Below are positions 1 through 11,168 of a stretch of DNA of 64,000 bases, in pieces; within the stretch, counting starts at the first letter, position 1, and every line of letters starts with the position of its first letter. Source of the stretch: Octopus sinensis (Eukaryota); assembly GCF_006345805.1 (NCBI RefSeq), contig NC_043021.1:4960001-5024000 (forward strand). The letters are read 5' to 3'. The position numbers and the translations under genes are program-made. The notes under the pieces were generated by a model. The model searched no databases and was not told where the DNA came from. It saw nothing but the letters and a program-made list of their open reading frames with translations.

Positions 1-204
1 AAAACGTTTAAAATTGAAAGAGAAGATGCAGCATACAAAGAGAGTGAGCAACAGTGAGCTTCGGAGATAGAGAATGCTTAAGTAATTGAAAAAAAGCCGG
101 TTGGAAGAGGGAGACGGAGGAGGACGTCGAGGGGAGGAGGAGACCATTTCAAAAGATTTTATATAAAACCAGAGTTATTTCCCTTTTTATATTAACACTA
201 CGGC

Positions 205-347
205 GAGGTCGACTTTGCCTTTCATCCTTTCGGGGTCGATAAATTAAGTACCAGTTAAGCACTGGGGTCGATGTAATCGACTTAATCCCTTTGTTTATCC
301 TTGTTTGTCCCCTCTATGTTTAGCCCCTTGTGGGTAATAAAGAAACA
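205..347 (+). mobile_element. 5'-truncated SINE (family B, Nin/Deu-like central domain) with 17-bp target-site duplication
   Basis: Body GAGGTCGACTTTGCCTTTCATCCTTTCGGGGTCGATAAATTAAGTACCAG...AAAGAAA matches many copies in the window. TATATTAACACTACGGC is duplicated at 188-204 and 348-364. Confidence 0.9.
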
Positions 348-449
348 TATATTAACACTACGGCACAAGACCTATTATCCAGCTTCTAGAAATCCGAGTC
401 TTCCAGAAACCTAGAAATACTGTGCAATATCGTGTAATATATTGTCATG

Positions 450-1735
450 GCATAGTCAAGCCTTTGACGGATCATGGCTTGCTCCTCCTCCATTTATTTC
501 TGTCTCTCGCAACATCTCCCAGATCTTTCTCGCTCTCACGTTCAATCTCTTCTTCATCCAGTTGAACATCTTCATTCTCTGCCTTCCTCACTCGCTCTCC
601 TTCCCACCATGTAATGCTCCTTCCGTCATCCTTTCTGAGAAAATGACCAACAACTCTCCAATGTCTCTCTCTGATAGTTTCAATCAACTGTCTCTTCACT
701 TTCATCTTTTTCAACACTTCCACATTTGTCACCCTTTGTACCCACAAGATTCTAAGCATTTTTCTATAAAACCACATTTCTACAGCTTTGAGTCTCTTCT
801 CCATGACTTTGCTTATCGTCCAAGACTCACAGCCATACGTTAGCACCGACCAGCTGTAGCACTTCAATAGTCTTTGCTTGACTTCCATTCCAATTCTCTT
901 CAACATTTAAGTTTAATTTGTCAAAATATTTTCGTCGCTTTTAGACCGTGACCTGTTCAGCATGGATTTTTGTCAGTGAACAGGTCGCGGTCTTAAAGCA
1001 ACGAAAATATTTTGACAAATTAAACTTAAATGTTGAAGTGAATCGAACGGCTTTTGTGTGTTTCTTAAATGGCTTACAAACACCTTCCACGCTGCAATTG
1101 TTTTCGTTTCATCACACGATCTCAGATCAAATCACTTGCTATGCAAGTATATCTCCATCATTCCAATACTCTTTGCACAAAAAAATACCCCTTATATCCA
1201 TAAAAGCCTGCTTTGCTAATCCAATTCCAATTCTGCACTTGATGTCCTTATCTGACCTTCCGTCTGTTGTTATCCAACTACCCAGATATATGAAACTGAC
1301 CTTCTGCTCTATCCCCGTTCCATTCACCGTGAAGCGATATACAGGTACTTGTGCTTTCTTGGTACAGACCATTGAGAATGTTTTCTGGCATTTAATCGTC
1401 AGTCCAAGCTTTCCAATCTCCTCAGTCACGATATTGATCAATCCCTGAAGGTTCTCTTCTGTGCCTGCAAACAAAGCCGTATCGTCTGCGTACCTCAGAT
1501 TGTTATAATTCCTTTCCCCCAGCCGTAGCCCAGCAATTGTCTTGATCTTACTTAGAGCTTTCTCACAATACAGGTTGAATAAATCAGGTGGCAAAATACA
1601 ACCCTGCTGGACACCTTGCTGAATGTCAGTCCAGTTGCCCAATACTCCGTGTACTCAGATGGCTGCTTTCTGGTCCCAATACAAATTTCAAATCATTCTT
1701 AGATCATTCCCAGCAATCTCGAGTTCTGCAAACAA
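450..1735 (-). mobile_element. RTE-clade LINE, 5'-truncated ORF2 remnant (RT domain and C-terminus)
   Basis: Minus-strand translations: DLRMI*NLYWDQKAAI, GVQQGCILPPDLFNLY, NNLRYADDTALFA, FIYLGSWITTDG, and VLTYGCESWT...WVQRVTNVEVL. All are typical RTE ORF2 motifs, broken by stops and frameshifts. Confidence 0.9.
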
Positions 1736-1754
1736 ATATCTAGTCAAGGAGAAA

Positions 1755-1890
1755 TAATACCTTGCTTGGAAACAAGTGAGGGTTGGAAAAAGGAGGGCAT
1801 CCAGCCATAAAAAATCTGCCTCAACAAATTTTGTCTGACTCATGCAAGCATGGAAAATTAGACATGAAAATGAGGATGATAATGATGATA
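1755..1890 (+). mobile_element. Degenerate SINE 3' fragment (family C-like) with (GAT)n tail
   Basis: GGAGGGCATCCAGCCATAAAAAATCTGCC...CATGCAAGCATGGAAAA...GATGATAATGATG resembles other copies such as 63075-63205. Confidence 0.6.
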
Positions 1891-1892
1891 TG

Positions 1893-1894
<2 letters not shown>

Positions 1895-1934
<40 letters not shown>

Positions 1935-1950
1935 TATATATTATATATAT

Positions 1951-2001
<51 letters not shown>
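1895..2001. repeat. (CA)/(TA)n microsatellite
   Basis: Direct reading. Confidence 0.95.
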
Positions 2002-2006
<5 letters not shown>

Positions 2007-2134
2007 GGCTTGGAGATGATGTACAGGTATTATATATTAGAAGAAATAAGGTACTCGGAAATCTGGATGGTTTTATATTTACAGATATTTATTAATATGT
2101 CACATGTTTTTATAAATTATATATCATATATTAG

Positions 2135-2303
2135 CGCTTGCATCCTGTTGCCCTTTCCCTTATACAAGACCACCATTATTGTATCTCTCCAGTCCTCAGG
2201 TACAGATTCACTAGTCCATATCTTACCAAACAAAGAGCGAAGTTTCTGCAGAAGTTTCTCACCACCATGCTGTAACAACTCCGCATGTATGCCATCCATA
2301 CCC
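2135..2303 (-). mobile_element. RTE LINE fragment, start of RT region (inverted relative to 2304-3510)
   Basis: Translates as GMDGIHAELLQHGGEKLLQKLRSLFGKIWTSESVPEDWRDTIMVVLYKGKGNR, the conserved GxDGIPAE...IW...VPxDWRD...LYKxKG block. Confidence 0.85.
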
Positions 2304-3510
2304 ATTAAGACTACTATTGTGGACAAGTTGGAAGAATTCCCAGTCAGAATTAATGAGCATCTTATGTCCATGAGAATTCCTTTGGTTAAAGGAAATTATG
2401 TGATCTTGGTGAGTGTGTATGCTCCAACTATGTGCTATACTGATGATGAAAAATTTTCTTTCTACCATGCTTTGAAGAGCATTATAAGAAATATCCCTCA
2501 GGCAGACAAAGTCATCATACTAGGTGACTTTAATGATAGAGTGGGTAGGGATTTTAACACATGGACTGTAATTGGAAAGCATGGAGTGGGAAAGTGTAAT
2601 AGTAATGGCATGCTTTTGCTGCAGATGTGTGAGGAGCTGCATCTGTGTGTTACCAATACCATGTTTCAACAAAAGAATAAGTTTAAGACCACATGGATGC
2701 ACGCTGCATCAAAAGAATGGCATATTGTGGATTACATCCTTGTTAAGGTACGTGACAGACAGGATGTGCAGTGTCTTCGCGGAGCTGAGTGTTGGACTGA
2801 TCACCGCCTAGTACATGCAAAAGTGAAATTAGTCACAAAACATAAAATCCGAGCTGCAGGGATTGCCTGCCTAAAAAACTGAATGTTGATCGTCTTAGGT
2901 GTAATAGTGTGAAGAGAACTTTATGAGAAAAAACGAATGCTGCAGATATTGGGGAGGATTGGCCAACCCTTAAAAAGTCAGTTTATGATATAGGCAAGAA
3001 AGGTCTGGGATTGATACAAAGAAAGCATCAAGATTGGTTTAAAGAAAATGATGAACATATAGATGATTTATTGGCTGATAAAAGACTTTGTCACGCTATT
3101 TGTCAGCAAAGCCACAGGAAAGGGAAGTGTTGCATAGGGAACTCAAGGATGTAAAATCACGTGTGAGGCGAAGACTCTTTCAGATGAGGGATACGTGGTG
3201 GAGTAAGAGTGTTGAAGAGATACAGGTGGCATCAGATTCCAATAACACAAAGCTGTTGTATGATCTCTTGCGAGAAGTTTATGGACCGACATCTTCTCTG
3301 ATGACACCACTTTGAAGCAGGGATGGTAAAGAACTTCTTCGTGATTCACAAGGAATTCTGTGAAGGTGACAAGAACACTTTGATGAACTTTTGAATCAGC
3401 AGTCTGTAGTTAGTGAGGATGTTCTCAATCTCATCCCTGGATTACCTGTGAAGGCAGCACTCGTAGAACCACCAAAGTTAGAAGTTGCAGTGGGTGTCTC
3501 AAGGATGAAT
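2304..3510 (+). mobile_element. RTE LINE fragment: AP endonuclease and linker, pseudogenised
   Basis: VSVYAPTM, IILGDFNDRVG, GKHGVGKCNSNG, WHIVDYILV, GAECWTDHRLV, then HQDWF..., VYGPTSS and EPPKLEVAVGVSRMNN, with frameshifts and stops. Confidence 0.9.
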
Positions 3511-4214
3511 AATATATATATATATATATGCCTTTTTATTTTTTATTTTTTAGCTCTTGACAATTATAAGATAATGCAGGACTAAGCCTACAAATAAACA
3601 AATGTTTAAATATTTGTTTCTTTGTTTTTTGTTTTGTTTTGTTTTTGCAATGGTATTTTTATTGGTTCTGTTCCAGTGTGAGACCTTTGACAAGTGTCTT
3701 CTACTGTAGCCCCAGGCTGACCAAATCCTTGTGAGTAGATTTGTTAGATAGAAACTGAAAAAGCTTGTTGCGTGTATGTGTGTATGTATATATATATATA
3801 TATGTATGTGTGTGTATATATATATATAGAGAGAGAGAGAGAGGGGGGGAGATGAGAGTATACTAAAATTCAAAGTTTGTTTTCCTACCCTTTGATTAAG
3901 ATAAAGATTACAAATAAAATAGTCATTTCTCCCTTTAAGAAAAAAAATCAAGTTGAAAATGTCGACACTTCACAGAGTCACCGCAGCTACCATTGTCCAT
4001 CCTTTTTTCTTACTTTGTTTTTTCTTCTTGTAATCATTTATACAACTTTCAGATTGCTGTGAACTTGAAAGATAGAAATTCTCCCTTTATTTTTATGGAT
4101 CATGGGTACTTTTTTTTTTTTCTTAAAGGGGAAAATTATTATTTTATTTAAAATAAAATATTAATTTTTATAATCTTAATCAAAAGACAGAAAAAACAGA
4201 CAACAGAGAGACTC

Positions 4215-4370
4215 TTTATAGCTGAAGATTAGTAGCCATGGGAGGAGTTGAATCTCTTAAGAATGGGGAAACAAACAACAACAAATGGATTGTACCTTAT
4301 AAGAAAACTCTTTTAAGAGCATTCCAATGCCACCTCACCATTGATATCATTGGAACAGTGTAGCTGGAAA
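4215..4370 (+). mobile_element. Helitron Rep domain remnant
   Basis: Reads LYS*RLVAMGGVE...NKWIVPYKKTLLRAFQCHLTIDII, matching my recollection of the Helitron Rep motif YRRR...GG...NxWIVPYNxxLLxxFxCHINVE. Recognised by eye. Confidence 0.6.
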
Positions 4371-4401
4371 GAAAACCTCTTACCACTGAACTCAAGCTTG
4401 A

Positions 4402-4812
4402 GTTTATTGAGCCTAAAGATCCACGAGGCCCCAGCAGTGGGAGTCGACCCCTGTTGTACTCTTTCGCCCCAACTTTCTCTCACTCTTTCTTCTTCCTGTT
4501 TCTTGTCCCCGACTTCCTACGCAACCGCTGAGCCTGGATGCACATTCATCCATCCGTCGATGCTCTCGGTATCAGGGGTTGACCTGCTTTCTCTTCTGCG
4601 GGTCTTGTCGGAGACAAGAAACAGGAAGAAAGAGTGAGAGAAAGTTGGGGCGAAAGAGTACAACAGGGGTCGCCACCACCCCCTGCTGGCGCTTCGTGGA
4701 GCTTTAGGTGTTTTCGCTCAATAAACACACACAACGCCCGGTCTGGGAATCGAAACTGCGATCCTCCGACCACGAGTTCACTGCCCTAACCATTGGGCCA
4801 TTGCACCTCCAC
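4402..4812 (-). mobile_element. tRNA-derived SINE (family E) fused tail-to-tail with an inverted headless copy; about 110-bp arm hairpin
   Basis: Minus-strand head GTGGAGGTGCAATGGCCCAATGGTTAGGGCAG...GCAGTTTCGATTCCCAGACCGGG has A- and B-box-like motifs. 4402-4513 is an imperfect reverse complement of 4607-4726. Confidence 0.8.
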
Positions 4813-5367
4813 TGCTGTTGATGCTGCTATTGCTGTTGTTCTTCTTCTTGGTGGTGGTGGTGGCGGTGGTGGTTAGCTTTGGGTTAGCTCTGATATGTTC
4901 AAGGTATTTGGCCATAACCTTCCCATCTTTTACTTCCATCACAATTGTATATAGGAAATCCTCATCATCCAATTTTCTTTTAGGTATGATTTCAATGGGA
5001 TTACTTAATCCAGGACTTCTTTCCTTTGCTGAAGATTGCTTAGTGTGACTAGTGGCAGATTTAGCTGTTATTTCTTGAAGACCGGTTGACCACATTGTAG
5101 CTTCACTATTACCTCAAAGTTGTATATGCAAAGAGTGAAACAGAAACAAAAATGTATGAAAGGTCTTAAGAGTCCTTCCAATATGAGGCATTCATATTCA
5201 CAAACGACACCCTTCAAACATCTAGGTATGGGTGTGTAGTTAAATCTGTGGTTCAAGGTTCAATCCTTGGACAAATGTAATCTACTGTGGCTTCAGATTA
5301 GCCATGCAGATGGAATTTAGAAGACAAAAGCTACAGGCAGAAGTCCATCAAATATACATGTGAGTGA

Positions 5368-5408
<41 letters not shown>

Positions 5409-5460
5409 CTATCTATATCACACATCCTAGAAGGTGGTAAGCTGGAAGAATTGTTACCAT

Positions 5461-5664
5461 GCAAGGTGAAATGCTTAGCGATATTTCGTCTGCTGTTATG
5501 TTCTGAGTTCAAATTCCGCCAAGATCGACTTTGCCTTTCATCCTTTCAGGGTCGATTAAATAAGTTACCAGTTACGCACTGAGGTCGATGTAATCGACTT
5601 AATACCTATGTCTGTCCTTGTTTGTCCCTTCTCTGTTTAGACCCTTGTGGGCAATAAAGAAATA
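5461..5664 (+). mobile_element. SINE family B copy
   Basis: GAAATGCTTAGCGATATTTCGTC...GAGTTCAAATTCC (B box)...AAAGAAATA. Confidence 0.9.
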
Positions 5665-5707
5665 TATATATGTATATAAATATGCTTTATTTAAAAGCAG
5701 CAGAAAT

Positions 5708-5763
5708 TCAACAAAACCTGTTACTCGGAGTTTCACGTTCCCGTTCGTCGGACAGTTTTTGTT
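5708..5763 (-). ncRNA. Second copy of the same hammerhead motif on the opposite strand (left arm of the palindrome)
   Basis: Exact reverse complement of 5771-5826. Confidence 0.7.
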
Positions 5764-5768
5764 CTATT

Positions 5769-5826
5769 TTAACAAAAACTGTCCGACGAACGGGAACGTG
5801 AAACTCCGAGTAACAGGTTTTGTTGA
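5769..5826 (+). ncRNA. Minimal type I hammerhead ribozyme motif (U4C core variant)
   Basis: Stem I 5' strand TTAACAAAAACTGT (5769-5782); core CCGACGA (5783-5789); stem II ACG-GGAA-CGT; GAAA (5800-5803); quasi-palindromic stem III ACTC-C-GAGT; predicted cleavage after GUA (A5812); stem I 3' strand ACAGGTTTTGTTGA. Confidence 0.7.
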
Positions 5827-5918
5827 ATTTCTGCTGCTTTTAAATAAAGCATATTACTCTACCCCTGGTATTTGAGTACTCTTTTTTCCACCTTGTTTCA
5901 CATTTATGTCTTTACTCT

Positions 5919-6192
<274 letters not shown>

Positions 6193-6516
6193 ATTCACAG
6201 CATCCTATTTTCTCTATCACGAATATGTGTGTGTAAGGGAGATAATTTAGTCATCCGCAGTTATCTCCCCGACCGGGTCACCCTGTTATTTTTGTTTTTT
6301 GCAATCTTGTGTGGCCTTGTCGTCCAAATTCGTTCTGTTGTTGCAATTATTGTCGTCGTCTCCGTCGATGATGATGAGGATGATGATGATGAGAATCACG
6401 ATGTAGTAAATAACTACATCCTATTTTTGTTTTCAGTTTTTTTTTTAACGAGAGAAGAAAAGCTATTTTCAAAACATATCTAATGAATTATCCTCCGTGA
6501 TTCCAGGTATATAAAC

Positions 6517-6639
6517 ATATTATCATTATTATTTTCATTATTATTATTATTATTATTATCATTATTAACATTATTATTATTATTATTATTATCATTATTA
6601 TCATTATTATTTTTATTATTATCATTATTATTATTATCA

Positions 6640-6670
<31 letters not shown>

Positions 6671-7237
6671 TATTATTATCATTATTATTATTATCATCAT
6701 CATCATCATCATCATTATTATTATCATTATTATTATCATTATTATTATCATTATTATTATTATTATTATTATCATCATCATCATTATCATTATTTATTAT
6801 TATTATCATTATTATTATTATTATTATCATCATCATCATCATTATTATTATTATTATCATTATTATTATTATTATCATTATTATTATTATCATCATCATC
6901 ATCATCATCATTATCATTATTTATTATTATTATCATTATTATCATTATTATTTTTATTATTATCATTATTATATTATCATTATTATTATTATTATTATTA
7001 TTATCATTATATTATTATCATTATTATTATTATCATCATCATCATCATCATATTATTATCATTATTATTATCATTATTATTATCATTATTATTATTATCA
7101 TTATTATTATTATCATCATCATCATTATTATTATTATTATCATTATTATTATTATTATTATCATCATCATCATTATTATTATTATTATCATTATTATTAT
7201 TATTATCATTATTATTATTATCATCATCATCATCATC

Positions 7238-7269
<32 letters not shown>

Positions 7270-7275
7270 TATTAC
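6517..7275. repeat. (ATT)n/(ATC)n trinucleotide array
   Basis: Direct reading; source of the poly-I/M/N/D ORFs. Confidence 0.95.
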
Positions 7276-7643
7276 ATAATTGTATTATTTTAAATTATTA
7301 TTGTTGATATTTTAATAATTCTTTGGCCAAATGTTCTTGGGAATTCCAGGAACGACGCAATACATCTTTTGTAATTCATTCTTCCTTTCATTTCGTCTAT
7401 TTTTATGCCAGTTTTAATTAATTTGTTCGCTTTAATAATTTGGATCTTTTCTTTCTATGGAGATTGGCAAAGTTTTGATGCATTTCTTGAGAATTCCAAG
7501 AACGACTCAATAACACAATAACACCGCTCGGAACAGATTCTTTCTTTCTTTCATTCCATTTGGATTTCTCTCTTGTAATTCCTTCGCCTCATCGTTATTG
7601 TTGTCGTTTTGATTTTTCTGTCTTCAATCAACATTGCTGAAGT

Positions 7644-7688
<45 letters not shown>

Positions 7689-7851
7689 ATGTATATATAT
7701 ATATATATATATATTTATATGTGTGTATATATATATATATATGTATGTATATTTGTGTATGAGTGTGCATATATATATGTGTATATATTTGTGTGTGTGT
7801 ATATATATATATAGGCATACGTATATATATTTGTGTGCACGTACATTTGTT

Positions 7852-7900
<49 letters not shown>

Positions 7901-8180
7901 GCGTACGTATATATATTTGTGTGCGTGTATATGTTTGTGTGTTTATACATATATATACGCATACGTATATATATTTGTGTGCGTATATGTGTTTGTGTGT
8001 GTATATATACACACATTACGTATATATATTTGTGTGTATATATACACGCACACATAGTATATACATTTGTGTGTATGTATACATATACATACACGTATAT
8101 ATATATATATTTATGTATGTGTGTATTATATATGTGATTGTGTGTGTATATATATATATATATATATACATACGTATATA

Positions 8181-8229
<49 letters not shown>

Positions 8230-8253
8230 GCACACATACGTATATATATATAT
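7644..8253. repeat. Compound TA/TG/CA low-complexity repeat
   Basis: Direct reading. Confidence 0.95.
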
Positions 8254-9330
8254 AGTGGGTTGAGTCATAAATAATTTCCGTTTATTAGAAACAAAATATA
8301 ACAACGCATTTCAAATTTCCAGTGGTTTAACCTTTAACCGGAAATTCCCTGTTTGGAAAGAGCGTTCTCCGGTCATTCTTAAAACATCGGCAGCAAATAA
8401 TTCTTCATCATAATTTAAACCTAAAAATGTCCCACCTTAAAATGGAGGAATTAGAAGTGCGTATTAGACGTGTGGGAGTTTAGGAATAATCAAAAATGCT
8501 TCAGAAATAGCAAAGAAAATTTGTAAGTGTTTTATGGTCAAGGTGCCATTTACTGATCGCCAAGTCCGAAATTGGTTCTCAGAGTTTCGTTCGTTCTGAG
8601 GATAAATCATTGAGAGATGAATCCAGACCAGATCGATCATCGGACTTCGATGAAGATGCGGCGATCTTTCGTCTCTAGTAGACCTTTCCGTCGATTTCCG
8701 TAAAAAAATTTTTTTTTTTACATATGGGCTTGCGGGAACTTTTGAAGTAATGAGAGTGAAAGAGACTAAGAGAAAGCGATTGTATGACGAGGGAAGTTCT
8801 TTTGAAGTTACCGTGCATGGCAAGAATTGATGTACATGTGTGTGTGTGTGTGTGTGTTTGATGGGGTGTGGGAGACAGACAGTATGTTGTGTAAGTGAAG
8901 TGCTTCTGTTAGTGTGTGTGAAAGTAAGAGATAACTGAAAGTTTTTACTCGGTGTATGTGTATATGTATGTATATTACTTCAAAAGTTCCCGCAAGCCCA
9001 TATGTAAAAAAAAAAAAAAAATTTACGGAAATCGACGGAAAGGTCTACTAGAGACGAAAGATCACCGAAGATGCTTTTAGAGAACCGGTGGAATGCAGTC
9101 CCCGCTAAAGTACTCGAGATTTAGCACTTTGACATCGACACATCCCAATCCACAATCTGCCGCCACTTGAAAAAGGATGGGAAAAGTGAACAATTTTGGG
9201 CGTTTGGGTTCCAAATGTTCTCTTTGAAGAAGATCGCGTATCCATAGCGACGTGTCTTCTTTGGAGACAGAGAAATCATCTGCTTTACTTGTTCTACAAA
9301 TAGCCAATATTAAATACATTTTGCTCAATT
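8253..9330 (+). mobile_element. Mariner transposon 5' remnant (TIR plus transposase N-terminus), interrupted by a MITE
   Basis: Begins TAGTGGGTTGAGTCATAAATAATTTCCG next to TA. Fragments read NASEIAKKIC, DRQVRNWFSEFRS, SLRDESRPDRSSDFDEDA and, after the insertion, FREPVECSPR*STRDLA, QSTICRHLKRMGKV and WVP: the mariner HTH and WVPHEL-linker region. Confidence 0.85.
8660..9066. mobile_element. MITE with about 90-bp TIRs, GG termini and 8-bp TSD (Merlin-like)
   Basis: Left end GGCGATCTTTCGTCTCTAGTAGACC; right end GGTCTACTAGAGACGAAAGATCACC. GAAGATGC is duplicated at 8652-8659 and 9067-9074. Confidence 0.85.
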
Positions 9331-9647
9331 CATAGCCAAATTTTCTTTTAAAAAAGTATTTTAGTGTCTGTTTTATAGAGGGTCATGATCGATTCAGCTG
9401 TTACACTTATTTTTTTTTACCAACTTTTGCTGGAATTGAACTCAGAAACAGAACTGACTTAGTTACACCCTGGAAATACATTGGCTGCATTCCACTAATA
9501 TCTTCGAGATACTTGAAATATTTGGGATAAGTTTGTTGTGTGCCTGCTGCTGTTTTTGTTTAACCCCAGGTTACTTTTGATCAAACAGGCTGAACTATGA
9601 TCATTTCTTTCTGTTTTTGCTTTTTCACAGACAGTGTTTATCTAGGA

Positions 9648-9848
9648 CAGTGGTTTTCAACCAGGGTTCCGCCAGTACAGTCCAGGGGTTCCGCAAGAAG
9701 TTACAAAACAGCTAAAATCGGCAGTAATTTTTAATTCTCCTGTGCAGATATGTGTGCATAAGACTATTAAATTATTGCACAAGGGTTCCTCGAGCCAGTG
9801 GAATGTTTCCTTGGGGTTCCGCTCCAGCAAAAAGGTTGAAAAGCACTG
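9648..9848. mobile_element. hAT (Charlie-like) MITE
   Basis: TIRs CAGTGGTTTTCAACC / GGTTGAAAAGCACTG; perfect 8-bp TSD ATCTAGGA (9640-9647, 9849-9856). Confidence 0.9.
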
Positions 9849-10000
9849 ATCTAGGACTACAATATCTCATGCCCCCACCTCTTTTTAAAGATAATAGAAT
9901 GGGATTAGAGAGAGATTTAGCTGCTATTTCTAGGAATTAAAACCATCATGCAGATGCGTCTTGTTTTGGTTCGTGTATATCTAATATTATATCTAATATT

Positions 10001-10153
10001 AAAATTCCGCCGAGGTCAACTTTGCCTTCATTCTTTCGGGGTCGATAAATAAAGTACCAGTTTCGCACTGGGGGCGATATAATCGACTCAATCCCTTCGT
10101 CTGTCCTTGTTTGTCCCCTCTATGTTTAGCCCCTTCTGGGCAATAAAGAAATA
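10001..10153 (+). mobile_element. 5'-truncated SINE family B
   Basis: AAATTCCGCCGAGGTC...AAAGAAATA flanked by duplicated ATATCTAATATTA. Confidence 0.85.
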
Positions 10154-10646
10154 TATATCTAATATTATCGTTTAGGCACGTATCAACTCAAATTTAGTTG
10201 ACCTATGATTAACGACTTTCCATTCATGACTGCTCCGCCTAACTTTCAGACATAGTCTTATCTCAGACTACACATTGTCCAAGTTGTCATTCATTTGAAA
10301 GATTTGTTTTGTATTTTGCTAGGAGAACCAGCAGCCACGAAGGGTCTCCCTCGTAAAGATTGTGTTCGTATGAAATGTTTATGAAAGCTTCCAATGAAAT
10401 GGCCATCGCGTCAGAAGCATGGTCTAATAGGTTATTCATATCAGTAAACATTTCACCTCCCAGCGACGAAAAAAAAAGGGGGTTCCTTTTCAAACCGGAA
10501 CATCAGGGTTCACTTCTTCACCACAAAATATTTTATTCTGCTTTGCAAACTTTTGCAAAACTTCCTATTTTTCTTCTTTTGAAAATCTATACCGACGCAG
10601 ATCATGAACGAGAATTCTTCTATTTCAACCAAATATTTATATATAT

Positions 10647-11028
10647 ACTAGCAGTATCGCCCGGCGTTGCTCGGGTTTGTAAGGGAAATAACTATAAAGC
10701 ATTTTTAGAGAGTTATAGCCAAAAAATGCATTAAAAATGGGAAAAAAATGATGGTAACTTTTTTTTTAAATCGTTGACTCATCGTAGACATTTTTAGAGA
10801 GTTACTTCCCTTATGTAATAGCGAGAAAATGCATTAAAATGGAAAAAAATGATGGTATATTTTTTTTTAAATCGTAGACTCATCGTAGACGCTCGCTAAT
10901 ACCCAGAAGGGCTCGATATGAATCACGACTATAAGATACCCGGTTTTGGTTAAACTGCACCGCAAAATGTGGGAGTAGTTAGGAATCTAAATCGTAGGAG
11001 ACAGACACACAACTTCACTTTTATATAT
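10647..11028 (+). mobile_element. Non-autonomous Helitron/Helentron-like (DINE/HINE-type) element
   Basis: Starts ACTAGCAGTATCGCCCGGCGTTGCTCGGG (CCCGG/TCGGG subterminal hairpin), has an internal tandem duplication, and ends ACAGACACACAACTTCACTTTTATATAT. Class assignment is by resemblance. Confidence 0.6.
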
Positions 11029-11168
11029 TTGTAATATGTAAATAATTTTATATGTATGTATGTATAATACATAGATTCATATGTACGTGTATAATTTAAG
11101 ATTTCACTGGGGTTTTTTTTTCTTTTCTTTTAAATACCATTTAAATATGTCGGCTTATGTTTGCACCT

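Noticed and set aside
2010-2882. 290-aa ORF as a host gene
   Set aside because: It is an AT-rich lead-in plus antisense RT plus RTE endonuclease; the downstream frame is broken.
450-3510. Treating 450-1735 and 2135-3510 as one RTE element
   Set aside because: Orientation would fit, but the motif styles suggest different RTE subfamilies and I cannot align them to confirm; kept separate.
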